Shown here in pieces: positions 37,420 to 46,531 of a stretch of 64,000 bases of DNA. A model generated the notes under the pieces. The model was not told where the DNA came from, searched no databases, and saw only the letters and a program-made list of their open reading frames with translations. This stretch comes from Saccharopolyspora gloriosae (GTDB lineage Bacteria; Actinomycetota; Actinomycetes; Mycobacteriales; Pseudonocardiaceae). The stretch covers positions 2,463,470 through 2,527,469 of the forward strand of contig NZ_CP059557.1 in NCBI RefSeq assembly GCF_022828475.1. The letters are read 5' to 3'. The first letter of the stretch is position 1. The number at the start of each line of letters is the position of its first letter. The position numbers and the translations under genes were made by a program.

Positions 37420-39234
37420 TCAGTGGAGCGCGCCGCAGGACATGGCGTTCTCGTCGTCGGCGGCACCGGGCTCCAGGCGGATGTCCGAGAAGGTGACGTC
37501 CATCCTCTTGTCGGAGTACACGAGGAACGGAGTGTCGACCTGGTCCGGCTTCAGATCCTCGTTCAGTTCGTGCGAGGGCACGCCTTCCGGGCGCGGCGTC
37601 ACCTTGGTGAAGCAGTCCAATGGGATCTTGATCGGTGTCGGCGTTCCGGTCGGTAGCCGGCGGAAGAGATCGTCGGCGGGGACTTCACCTCCGCACGGGT
37701 GGCCGCAATGGATCGCGACCCCGGCGTAGTGGGCAGGCGGTGTGCGCACGTTCGCGGTGAACACGAGCGCCCCGTGATCGCTTAGGTAAGGCCGGAGGTC
37801 GATCAGCGGGGCGTCCTCCTTGGTCTGGATGTACAGCTGGGCGGGCTGGCCGTCGTTCCAGGTGGCGCGGAGCCCGCCGGGCTCCGGCCCGACGCGCATC
37901 GCACCGTCCAGCTCGTGGGAGAACTCCGTTCCCCGCCATTCGTCCTGCGCTGAAGCGATGAAACCGGAGTACCGGTCGGAGACGGCTCCGGCGTAGATCG
38001 TCTCGGCCCCGGGGCCGCTCGTGGCGATGGCCACGACACCGACGAGCAGCGCGGCCACCGCGGCGATGCCGGACACCAACCACGCCCGCCGGACCTTCGG
38101 CAACCGTGTCCTGGTCGACGGTGTTCCGGCGGAAGCACCGGGCACGCCGGTCGGCACCGAGCTCGGCGGAACAGCGGGGCGTGCCCGCGCGGACACCTGG
38201 GCGGCGCCGAGCGCCACGGTGTACTTCGGATGCAGCGCTCCCCGGACGGGTTTGCCGAATTCGCGGGCGAGCTGCTGAGCGACGAGCGGGACCCGGGAGG
38301 AACCGCCCGCGAGCAGCACGGCGGACAGCTGGTCGGCGCGGAGTCCCGCCGACGCGATGGTGCGGTGCAGCGCTTCGACGGTGTCTCCGACCGGGCGCGC
38401 GATCAGCGCGTTGAACTCTTGCCGAGTGATGCCGAGCTCGCGCGGACCGGTGGGCAGCGGGACGTTCAGGCGCACCTCGGGTTCGCTGGACAGCGATTCC
38501 TTCGCGCGCACGCACATCGTCTCGATCGTGGCCAGCGCGTAAGCCGACCGTGGATCGTCCGGGTCGAGTGCGCTGATCGCCCCGTCGAGCCGCCGGTCGA
38601 GGTGGTCGAAGATCGCCTGGTCGAAGTCCGCACCGCCGAGGTGGTCGATTCCGTCCGGAGTGCCGAGGATTTCCATCCGGCCCGCCCGCATGCGCAGGAT
38701 CGTGGAGTCGAAGGTGCCGCCGCCGAGGTCGTAGACGGCGATGACCTCGCCGTCGCCGAGGCGTCGTTCACTGGAGTAATGGGTGGCGGCGGCCTCGGGT
38801 TCGGTGACGAGGTGGAAATTCGGGACGTGCGCCAGCCGGGGGACCTCGGTGAAGTGCTGGCGCCGATAGCGCCCCCAGATCGCGGGGTAGGTGAGCACGA
38901 CCGAGTCCGGCGGCCCGCCCATGGACCGGATCGCGGTGGCGAGCACGTCGCGCAGCTGCGCGGCCATCAGCGCGGTGGGGGAGAAGCCGGCTCCGCCGAG
39001 GAACAGCGGCGTCGGATCGCCCAAGCGGCGCTTGAAGTTCCGGGCGACCTGGCCCGGGTCGGCGCCCGGGTACAGCGCGGCGTCACCGGTCAGCAACGCG
39101 CCGTCCGGTGTGCGGTAGGCCGCCGAGGGAACGACCACCGCAGGCGACATCGGCACCATGCGGGTGCCCGCCGGACCGCTGACGGCAGCGGAGGTGAACG
39201 AGGTTCCGAGATCGATCCCGAGGCCGTAACGCAC
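37420..39234 (-). CDS. Hsp70 family (actin-like ATPase) protein with C-terminal transmembrane anchor and extracytoplasmic domain
   Basis: 604 aa; N-terminal GIDLGTSFTSAAV phosphate-1 motif, DLGGGTFD phosphate-2, later a TM helix (WLVSGIAAVAALLVGVVAIA) and ~200-aa C-terminal domain; convergent with the sigma factor gene. Confidence 0.7.
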   Translation of the reverse strand: MRYGLGIDLGTSFTSAAVSGPAGTRMVPMSPAVVVPSAAYRTPDGALLTGDAALYPGADPGQVARNFKRRLGDPTPLFLGGAGFSPTALMAAQLRDVLATAIRSMGGPPDSVVLTYPAIWGRYRRQHFTEVPRLAHVPNFHLVTEPEAAATHYSSERRLGDGEVIAVYDLGGGTFDSTILRMRAGRMEILGTPDGIDHLGGADFDQAIFDHLDRRLDGAISALDPDDPRSAYALATIETMCVRAKESLSSEPEVRLNVPLPTGPRELGITRQEFNALIARPVGDTVEALHRTIASAGLRADQLSAVLLAGGSSRVPLVAQQLAREFGKPVRGALHPKYTVALGAAQVSARARPAVPPSSVPTGVPGASAGTPSTRTRLPKVRRAWLVSGIAAVAALLVGVVAIATSGPGAETIYAGAVSDRYSGFIASAQDEWRGTEFSHELDGAMRVGPEPGGLRATWNDGQPAQLYIQTKEDAPLIDLRPYLSDHGALVFTANVRTPPAHYAGVAIHCGHPCGGEVPADDLFRRLPTGTPTPIKIPLDCFTKVTPRPEGVPSHELNEDLKPDQVDTPFLVYSDKRMDVTFSDIRLEPGAADDENAMSCGALH

Positions 39235-39378
39235 TGCGCGTGCCCCCTACAGGTGTGAAAGCGGCATCATGACTGCGTGTGATCGACACTAGTCGGTGTG
39301 TGATGCGGGGGATATCCCTACCCCGGTGTGGGGTTGACACACTTCCACTTGAACACGGCCCTGGTGAAACTGTGCTCA

Positions 39379-39917
39379 TGACTCGCAGCCGGGGTGTCGC
39401 CCATCGGCGCAGACGACCGCCCGGCTGGTTGCGGATGCCGCAGCGGAGCACGGCCGAGTACCGGTTCGAGCTCGAACGCGCCTTGCACGACGGACCCACG
39501 ATCGGCCTGTCGGCGCTGGCCATCGAACTCGGCCTGATCTCCGCCGAAGCCGGTGAGTCGCCCCTCGCGGCACGGATCGACGCGGTGCGGGAAGAGGTGT
39601 GCCGGATGGTGGAGGGCCTGCGCCTGCTCGGGGCGGCCGTCCACCCGCCGACGCTGGTCGTCGGCCTCGAACCGGCGTGGGCCTCGATCGCCGAGCACCA
39701 CCGGCTGCGGCTTGAACTGGACCTGCCGAACCAGGCACTGCGCGCGGAGGCGCGTTCTCGAATCGGGCTCCTGGTCGCCGATCATCTGCGTAGGCTGGAA
39801 CCCGGCACGTCCGTGCTGGTGCGAGTGCGGGGCAGGAGGTTCGTCCGCGTGCACATCACTGAGCGGCCGAGATCGGTGCGGCAGCGCGATTTCCGAGCGG
39901 TGCTGCGATGCGGGTAG
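39379..39917 (+). CDS. short HisKA_3-type histidine-kinase-like protein lacking a recognisable ATPase domain
   Basis: 179 aa; H-box ELERALHDGPTIGLSALAIEL (NarL-type HisKA_3) but no N/G-boxes; overlaps start of the LuxR regulator. Confidence 0.5.
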
Positions 39918-40573
39918 CCGTCGCCGAAGACGGCGCGTTGTTCCGGGAAGGCCTGGTGCTGCTGCTGGAGGCGGCAGGGCACGAAGTGGTCGGTTGTGTC
40001 GGCGATGGCGATTCGTTGCTGGCGATCGTCGCCACCGAACCGGTCGACGTCGCGATCCTCGACATCCGGATGCCGCCCGAGCCGGACGGCGGACTGGTCA
40101 CGGCGGAGCGGATTCGGGCGCGCAGACCGGAAACCGGCCTGCTGCTGCTCTCGCACTACGCCGAGACCCACTATCTGATGCGGGTGCTGGAGATCGGCTC
40201 GGAGCGCATCGGATACCGGCTCAAGGAACGCCTCGCGGGGGTGAAAGTGCTGGCCGACACCATGGACCGGATCGCCGCGGATGAGATCGTGATCGAGCCG
40301 GTGCTCGCCAAGCGCCTCGTCGAGGCCAGGTCGGGGCGCGAGGACAGCCCGCTGGCCACGCTGACCGAGCGGGAACTCGACGTGCTGCGGCTGATGGCGG
40401 AGGGACACGCGAACAACGCGATCGCCCAGGAACTGTTCGTCTCCGGAAAAGTCGTGGAGAAGCACATCGCCGCCATCTTCACCAAACTCGGGCTGCCGAG
40501 AGATCAAGCGGTGCACCACCGTCGAGTTCTCGCCGTGCTCGCCTACCTGCGCGCGAGCCGGATCGAGGGTTAG
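39908..40573 (+). CDS. LuxR/NarL family response regulator
   Basis: 221 aa; REC domain (VAVAEDGALFREG...DVAILDIRMP) and C-terminal LuxR HTH (LTERELDVLRLMAEGHANNAIAQELFVSGKVVEKHIAAIFTKLG). Confidence 0.9.
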   Translation: MRVAVAEDGALFREGLVLLLEAAGHEVVGCVGDGDSLLAIVATEPVDVAILDIRMPPEPDGGLVTAERIRARRPETGLLLLSHYAETHYLMRVLEIGSERIGYRLKERLAGVKVLADTMDRIAADEIVIEPVLAKRLVEARSGREDSPLATLTERELDVLRLMAEGHANNAIAQELFVSGKVVEKHIAAIFTKLGLPRDQAVHHRRVLAVLAYLRASRIEG

Positions 40574-40623
40574 GAACCCCGGCACCTGCGCGGGCCGCGC
40601 TAGAAAGGACCGTCCAGCCCGAC

Positions 40624-42444
40624 ATGTCGAAGTCTCGTGTGCACGAGGTCGTCGCCACCGTTCCGCCTGATCGGCTGGTCGTCGAGTTGGTGCGGCACGT
40701 CGCCGATGCGGTCGGCGGGCAGGCGGCCTACTGCGTTCCGGTGGACGGCGATCCGACCCGGCTGCGGGTCGTCGCGGCGGCACCGGAGCACGTGCTGGTG
40801 CACGGCGGGCTTCCCGGCGAGTCGGCGCGGGAACCGGTCCGAGGCGGCGGGCTGCTGCTCGTCGCGGAAGGCCGACGTCGGCTGCTCGGCGGCGAACCGA
40901 ACGCGGTCCGGGACGCCGCGAGCTGGCTGGGCATCGTCACCGAGGTGGAGCGTGCCCGCGGTGACCGCGATCGCGCCGAGGCACGCGCCCGGGGACTGCG
41001 CGCGGAGGTGGCCACCGCCCGCGAGCGGCTCGCCCAGGTCCGCGACCTCGAGCGGCGCAGGCTCGTCCGGGCGATCACCACGACGACCCTGCGGGACCTG
41101 GAGGACCTGCGTCGGCGGATCAGCGAACTCGCGGAAGTCTCCGCCGAAGACGCGCTGCTGACTCAGCTGGCCGAGCTGGGTGACGCGGTGGACGAGTTGC
41201 TGGACGGCTTCCGGGCGATCGTGCGCGGGGTGTACCCGGCGATGCTCCCGGACCACGGACCGCGGGCGGCGCTGGAGGAACTGGCGGCGACGTTGCCGCG
41301 CCCGGTCCGGTTCGGCGGGGAACTCGGGCGCCGTGCGAGCTGGGAGGTCGAATCCGGTTTCTACCACGCGGTCGCCGCCGTCCTGAACCTGCCGGTGGTG
41401 GAGGAGACGGGTTCCGATTCGGCGGTCGCCGTCGAGTTCCGGCGTGATGAGGCGATGCACGCCCGCGTGTCGTCGGCGGCCGGATCGTTGTCGACGGGTG
41501 ACTTGCGTGCCGCCCTCGATCACGATGCCGCGCGGATCGTGGCTGTCGGCGGCACGATGGATTGCGCGGTGATCGACGGTACTGCGGTCGTCACCGTGTC
41601 GCTCGCGGACCGGACGGTGCGGGCGGTCCCCTCGTTCCGGAGTCAGGGCGGTGCGCTTCACCAGTGGATGCTGGATCTCGTTCGCCAGGGGCGGCACGCG
41701 TTCGGCGGCTCGGACCGGTACCGCTGGGACGCCGTCGAGGCGAGGTTGACGAGATCGCCACGGCTGGCCGTGGTCTCCGACGCACCCGTGGACCCCGCCG
41801 CGGTTGCGCGCGCTTCGAGGCTCGGGATCACGGTGGTCCTCGCCGGCGGCCCGGCGGACGAGGCGCTGGCGGAGCGCTTCCTCCGCGATGGGGATCAGGA
41901 CGGATCGATCGACGCGGTGTTCACCCGAGTGCCGCCGACCTCGGCGTTCCTGATGGCACTGCGGCGAAGCAGGCAGCGGGTCGAGGTGAACCGGGAACCG
42001 GACCTCGACGCGGTGGCGAGCAGGCTGATCGAGCGGGCACCGGTGATCGCCGCTCGGCGCGCACTCGTGGCCGTGCGCGCCCTGGTGTCCGAACTGCCCG
42101 GGCAGCACCCGCTGCGGTGGGCCGTGGACCAGCTGGCCACCGAGGCGCACGAGATCGCCGAGCTGGACCTGCTCGACGCGATCCTGGCCGGTGACGTCCG
42201 GTTCCGCGACGGTGTCGCCGAGGACGCGGCGCGGTTGCTCGGCGCGCGCGGTACCGATCCGCGCTCCCGGCTCGGTTTGCCCGCCGAGTCGGACGATGAG
42301 CGGCTGCGCGCCGCCGCGCAGCACGCGGTGTCGCGGTGGCGAGAGCAGGCCCGGCGGCCGGGACTGGGCGGGCGCAACGAGGTGACCTGCGAGGCCCTGG
42401 TGCGGACCGCGGAGGGACTGCTCAACGCGGCACGTACCCCGTGA
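40624..42444 (+). CDS. degenerate NarL-type histidine-kinase-like protein with large C-terminal extension
   Basis: 606 aa; HisKA_3-like region ERRRLVRAITTTTLRDL (phospho-acceptor His replaced) followed by VYPAMLPDHGPRAALEEL; no intact N/G boxes; C-terminal ~300 aa unassigned. Confidence 0.5.
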   Translation: MSKSRVHEVVATVPPDRLVVELVRHVADAVGGQAAYCVPVDGDPTRLRVVAAAPEHVLVHGGLPGESAREPVRGGGLLLVAEGRRRLLGGEPNAVRDAASWLGIVTEVERARGDRDRAEARARGLRAEVATARERLAQVRDLERRRLVRAITTTTLRDLEDLRRRISELAEVSAEDALLTQLAELGDAVDELLDGFRAIVRGVYPAMLPDHGPRAALEELAATLPRPVRFGGELGRRASWEVESGFYHAVAAVLNLPVVEETGSDSAVAVEFRRDEAMHARVSSAAGSLSTGDLRAALDHDAARIVAVGGTMDCAVIDGTAVVTVSLADRTVRAVPSFRSQGGALHQWMLDLVRQGRHAFGGSDRYRWDAVEARLTRSPRLAVVSDAPVDPAAVARASRLGITVVLAGGPADEALAERFLRDGDQDGSIDAVFTRVPPTSAFLMALRRSRQRVEVNREPDLDAVASRLIERAPVIAARRALVAVRALVSELPGQHPLRWAVDQLATEAHEIAELDLLDAILAGDVRFRDGVAEDAARLLGARGTDPRSRLGLPAESDDERLRAAAQHAVSRWREQARRPGLGGRNEVTCEALVRTAEGLLNAARTP

Positions 42445-43369
42445 CCCTGGCTCCCTGCCCAGGGGCGGAGTGGAGCGCGAGGGTCCCTCCGACGATCGCC
42501 AGCCGCGCGGACAGGTTGGGCAGCGCGGCGTTCGGCCCGTCCGGGAACCCGGGACCGTTGTCGGAGACGACGAACTCGAGCCCGGGGCGACCATCGCGAA
42601 CCTGCACCGAGATGGCGGCTCCCGGCGCGTGCTTGTGCGCGTTGTTCACCACTTCCAGGCAGGCGAAGTACACGGTCGATTCGACCAGCGGCGGATGGCG
42701 GTAGCGCAGTCCGGAAGCGTCGAGCACGACGCGCTCGTGTCCGGCGAACTCCGCGCCGAGCGCCGCAGCCAAACCGGCGGACACGAGCGTGGTCGGCAGA
42801 ATCCCGGCAGCCGTGTCGACGAGAACCTTCCCCGCGCCGTCCAATTTGGACAGAAGTTTGACGACCCGCCCCTCCGGCGGGGTGTTCGCATGCTCGGCGA
42901 GCGCCACCTCCATCCGCAGCGCCACCAGGTGGTGCTGGGCACCGTCGTGCAGGTCGCGTTCCAGCCCTCGCCGTTCCCGCTCCATCTCCACGGTCGCCTG
43001 CCACCGGTCGTCGACCAGTTCGCGTGTCGCGAGATCGCCGTCCCGGCGCAGCTGATCGGCCTGCGCGGCCAGCCGGATCGCGGCCAGCGGTGCACCGAGC
43101 ACGGCGGCGAGCTTCGGCAGCGGCCCGACCTGCTCCGGTGCGACCGACAAGAGCCCCTGCGGCCGACCGCCGTATCCGACGGTGCACGTCGTCCACTGGC
43201 CGCGTCCGTCGCCCCACTGGTGGCAGGTTCCGGCGACGCTCACAGCGCAGCCGGTCGCTCCCAAGGCCTGCCCGATCACCGTGGCCAGGACGTGCGGATC
43301 AGGAGCGCACTCCAGGTGTCCGAGTTGTTCCGACACCGCCTCGATCGCTCGCCCTTCACGCCCCCGCAC
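42422..43369 (-). CDS. NarL-type sensor histidine kinase (GAF-like N-terminus, HisKA_3 + HATPase_c)
   Basis: 315 aa; H-box ERERRGLERDLHDGAQHHL, N-box VVNNAHKHA, G1 VSDNGPGF. Confidence 0.8.
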   Translation of the reverse strand: MRGREGRAIEAVSEQLGHLECAPDPHVLATVIGQALGATGCAVSVAGTCHQWGDGRGQWTTCTVGYGGRPQGLLSVAPEQVGPLPKLAAVLGAPLAAIRLAAQADQLRRDGDLATRELVDDRWQATVEMERERRGLERDLHDGAQHHLVALRMEVALAEHANTPPEGRVVKLLSKLDGAGKVLVDTAAGILPTTLVSAGLAAALGAEFAGHERVVLDASGLRYRHPPLVESTVYFACLEVVNNAHKHAPGAAISVQVRDGRPGLEFVVSDNGPGFPDGPNAALPNLSARLAIVGGTLALHSAPGQGARVTGYVPR

Positions 43370-43661
43370 GGTGGCGAATTTAGCGCGCGATTCGGCGATA
43401 TGGTCAATCTTGAGGCCGCCGCCGAACGTACTATTGTGCTTTCATTCCACGGAAACCCGTCACCGTGCGGGTTCGGTTACGCCGCCGATGCCGCCGGAAA
43501 TCGCCGGAACATGCGCCAATGCCTCGATTCGGCCCGAAGTGCCGAAAGGCGACTGGGCCGTTCGAGTGGTCTTCACGCGGATGCTGTCACTCCGTGCTCG
43601 GTACCGTGTGAGTGCGGGATCTTGGCGAATCTTGATGAGCACTGCCGATCCGCGACCGAGT

Positions 43662-44795
43662 TCAGGTGGAAGTCCTGCTCTGCTTCAAGGCGAGCACGAG
43701 CCGATCGATCTTCTTGCGGTACTCGTTCGTCGAGGCACCGTGGAACTTGCTGGGGTTGCGAGTGTCCGCGAACAGCGGCAGCGCCACGTCGTCGATGACG
43801 ACCGGGATGAAGCGTTGGCCGGTGGCGACCGACCTGCCCAGCAGCAGCTCGTACTCCTCGCGTATCCAGCCGTCGCTCATCGCGGCCCGGCTGAACACCA
43901 GCAGTCCGTGCCGGGAATCCATGACGGCCCGCCCGACGGTGTGCCCGCGTTGATCGCCGGGCAGCAGCACGTCGTGCGCGACCCGGAGTTCGCGGCGGCG
44001 CAGCTGGTCGACGAACTCGTCCGCCCACTCCGCGTCTTCGGCGGTGTGCGAGACGAAAACGTCGTACAAGAGATCGTCCGGGAGCTCGCCCGGCGCGACG
44101 GCGACCGGCGGATCGATGACCGGCGGATCGAGGGTGGCGGCGTCCTCCGTGATCGAGCGCGGGTGTGGAGCGAGTTCGATCCTCGCCACGTCGCCGCTGA
44201 GCCCGGTCAGAGCATCGCGGCCGGTCAGCAGGACGAGGGCGGTGTGATCGTTCGGCAGCAGCGGCCGTACCTGCTCGGCGTCTCGCGCGTTGTCCAGCAG
44301 CAGGAGCAGCTTCTTGCCGTTGAGTCCGGTCCAGTAGTGCTTGGATCGCTCGTCGAGGGTCGGCGCTTCGGCGTTCCGGTGATCGCCGAGACTGCGCAGG
44401 GCCATCGCGAGCGCGTTTTCGGGGTGCATGGGCGGCTTCGAACCGTGGCCGTGCAGATCGAGGTAGATCTCCCCGTCGGGAAAGGCCTCCCGGTTCCGCT
44501 GCGCCCACCGCACCGCGAGCTCGGTCTTTCCGGCGCCCGCCGCGCCGGTGATGAGGATCGGCGTGCCGTGGTCCGGATGCGCGGCGAGCAGTCCGTCCAA
44601 CCGGTCCAGTTCGTCCTCGCGGCCGGTGAAGTCGGCGATGCCTCGCGGGAGCTCATGCGGTATCCGGTGGCCATGGCCGTAAACGTTGACGGTGTCCACT
44701 TCGTTGGCTTGAACGGAGGTGCTGTTCCATTGGCGCACCGTGTTGCGCGTGTTCACGTTACGATCTCGGCGTCCGTCGTCGGGTGAATTCGCCAC
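43662..44795 (-). CDS. short STAND/NB-ARC-like P-loop NTPase fused to C-terminal TIR domain
   Basis: 377 aa; FTGREDELDRLDGLL...ITGAAGAGKTELA (Walker A), LLLLDNA (Walker B), LLTGRD; C-terminal YDVFVSHTAEDAEWADEFVDQLRRRELRV...FIPVVID is a TIR-like (TIR_2) domain; start position uncertain (5' ends of divergent genes overlap). Confidence 0.65.
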   Translation of the reverse strand: MANSPDDGRRDRNVNTRNTVRQWNSTSVQANEVDTVNVYGHGHRIPHELPRGIADFTGREDELDRLDGLLAAHPDHGTPILITGAAGAGKTELAVRWAQRNREAFPDGEIYLDLHGHGSKPPMHPENALAMALRSLGDHRNAEAPTLDERSKHYWTGLNGKKLLLLLDNARDAEQVRPLLPNDHTALVLLTGRDALTGLSGDVARIELAPHPRSITEDAATLDPPVIDPPVAVAPGELPDDLLYDVFVSHTAEDAEWADEFVDQLRRRELRVAHDVLLPGDQRGHTVGRAVMDSRHGLLVFSRAAMSDGWIREEYELLLGRSVATGQRFIPVVIDDVALPLFADTRNPSKFHGASTNEYRKKIDRLVLALKQSRTST

Positions 44796-46255
44796 GCTAC
44801 GATCCTAGCGAAGTTCGAGTTCCCGAGTGCCCGAATCCGCTGAAGATCCGCTGGTCGAACAGGTGCGAGTACGGTCGTGGCGGCCGATTCACGGGGGTGG
44901 TCGCAATCGACGTGTTCGTCTCTTACGCCAACGATGACTCGCGATGGGCCGAAGGACTCGCCGAACAGCTGCGCGATCGCGGACTGGAAGTCTATTTCGA
45001 CGAATGGCACCTGTTGCCGGGCGATCTGGTGGTGCATCAACTGGAACGTGCTTTCCGGGAATCCCACAGTGGAATCGCGGTGATCAGCCCCGCCTCGGAG
45101 AGTTCGGCGAGCGCCCGTGGCGAGTACGCCGCGCTCTACCAGGAATCCGTGCGCCGCGGCCTGCGGTTGATCCCGGTGCTGATCGGAGGGGCAACGCCGC
45201 CGCCGTTCGCCGGCACCCGGGTGAGCCTGGACTTCAGCGGAGTCGGCGGGGCCGCGTACGGCGAGGAGGTCGACCGGCTCGCCGCCGCCATCAAAGAACG
45301 CCCCGCCGCCCGCGCACAGGTCCGTCGCGCCGTCGTCGTCTGCTACGCCCCCGCCGATCAGGAGTACGGGCGACGGCTGGTGGAACAGCTCGAAGCCGCC
45401 GGGCTGCCCACCTGGTCGGAGGCGGACCTCCTGCTGGGCGACGAGCACTTCCCGGCGATCAGGAATCAGCTGCGGGACTCGATCGCGATCGTCGTCCTGA
45501 TGTCCCAGGAGTCGCAGGACAGCGACCACATCACCCGCATGATCCTGGAAGGCCAGATTCACCATCGGCCGTTCGTCCCGGTCCTGCTGCGTGGACGACG
45601 CAACTACCACCTGGCCAACACCTGGTACCTGGACGCCCGGGACGGCCGGCTCCCGGCGACCCGGGATCTGGCGGTTCTGCACCGACTTCACGACGCCGCC
45701 ACGGCGGAGACTTCGGCCGACAGCACCACCATGCCGCCCGCCCCGCCGCCGAATCGACGGGCACCGGCGGTCCGCGTCCCGGCGGCGACATCGCTGGGCC
45801 TGCTCGATCGCTACCTCACGGACCGGGAACTCGAGTACGCCGACCTGCTCACCACGACCGTGCTGCTGGACGCGGCGGCCCGCTTGGAGGACGGCTGGCT
45901 GCGACGGGCCGACGGGCGGACGCTGCCGCTCGACCTGCTCACCGCCATCGACGAGTTGTGGGCCGGGCACACCCGCGGCACGCAGGGCTTCACCGCACAA
46001 CGCGGCCAGGCCGAGGTCCGGCGGTCCGCGGACTTCCTCCGCGCGTCGCTGGCCTACGGATGGCGCGCGTCGGACCGCGAGCCGATTTCGCGCTATCAAC
46101 CGGGATTCACCGAGCGGGCAGGCCCCGGCGGCCGCGACGGCTTCTTCCCGACGTTGCGCAATCCCCAGAACGAGCACTTCCAGGACTGGTACGAACAGTG
46201 GACGCTGACCGTCACCGCCGTCCACCTCCGACTCCGAGACCAGAGCGGCACCTGA
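44783..46255 (+). CDS. tandem TIR-TIR domain protein with C-terminal GUN4-like domain
   Basis: 490 aa; two TIR-like modules (IDVFVSYANDDSRWAEGLAEQLRDRGLEVYFDEW...; VVVCYAPADQEYGRRLVEQLEAAGLPTWSE...), C-terminal ...LTAIDELWAGHTRGTQGFTAQR... resembling GUN4 (xIDxLWxxxSxGxFGFSVQ); true start may be internal (e.g. GTG before VVAIDVFVSY). Confidence 0.6.
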   Translation: MNSPRYDPSEVRVPECPNPLKIRWSNRCEYGRGGRFTGVVAIDVFVSYANDDSRWAEGLAEQLRDRGLEVYFDEWHLLPGDLVVHQLERAFRESHSGIAVISPASESSASARGEYAALYQESVRRGLRLIPVLIGGATPPPFAGTRVSLDFSGVGGAAYGEEVDRLAAAIKERPAARAQVRRAVVVCYAPADQEYGRRLVEQLEAAGLPTWSEADLLLGDEHFPAIRNQLRDSIAIVVLMSQESQDSDHITRMILEGQIHHRPFVPVLLRGRRNYHLANTWYLDARDGRLPATRDLAVLHRLHDAATAETSADSTTMPPAPPPNRRAPAVRVPAATSLGLLDRYLTDRELEYADLLTTTVLLDAAARLEDGWLRRADGRTLPLDLLTAIDELWAGHTRGTQGFTAQRGQAEVRRSADFLRASLAYGWRASDREPISRYQPGFTERAGPGGRDGFFPTLRNPQNEHFQDWYEQWTLTVTAVHLRLRDQSGT

Positions 46256-46531
46256 GGTCCGGTTCTCACCCGGGCGGTGACTTCGAGGGCGACCCGGTCG
46301 GGTAGCCGGTGGCGCTCGCGACGAAGGCGGCGGCCCCAGGGGCGGGGCGCTGTACGCGGAGTAATTCGACGGTGACAAATACGAAGACCGGTCGGATTGA
46401 TGAGGTATCGCCTATTAATGTGACGTGATGTGTCGAATAGATCGAGAGGTGTCGGCGGCATCGGTCTGTTCGTTCAATGCGTTGCGGCGTACCGTCGGTG
46501 CGACGGTTCTTCTGCGGCGAAACGAGGCGTT

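Noticed and set aside
43182-44786. 534-aa plus-strand ORF
   Set aside because: Antisense to the NTPase-TIR gene; no motifs; GC-frame artefact.
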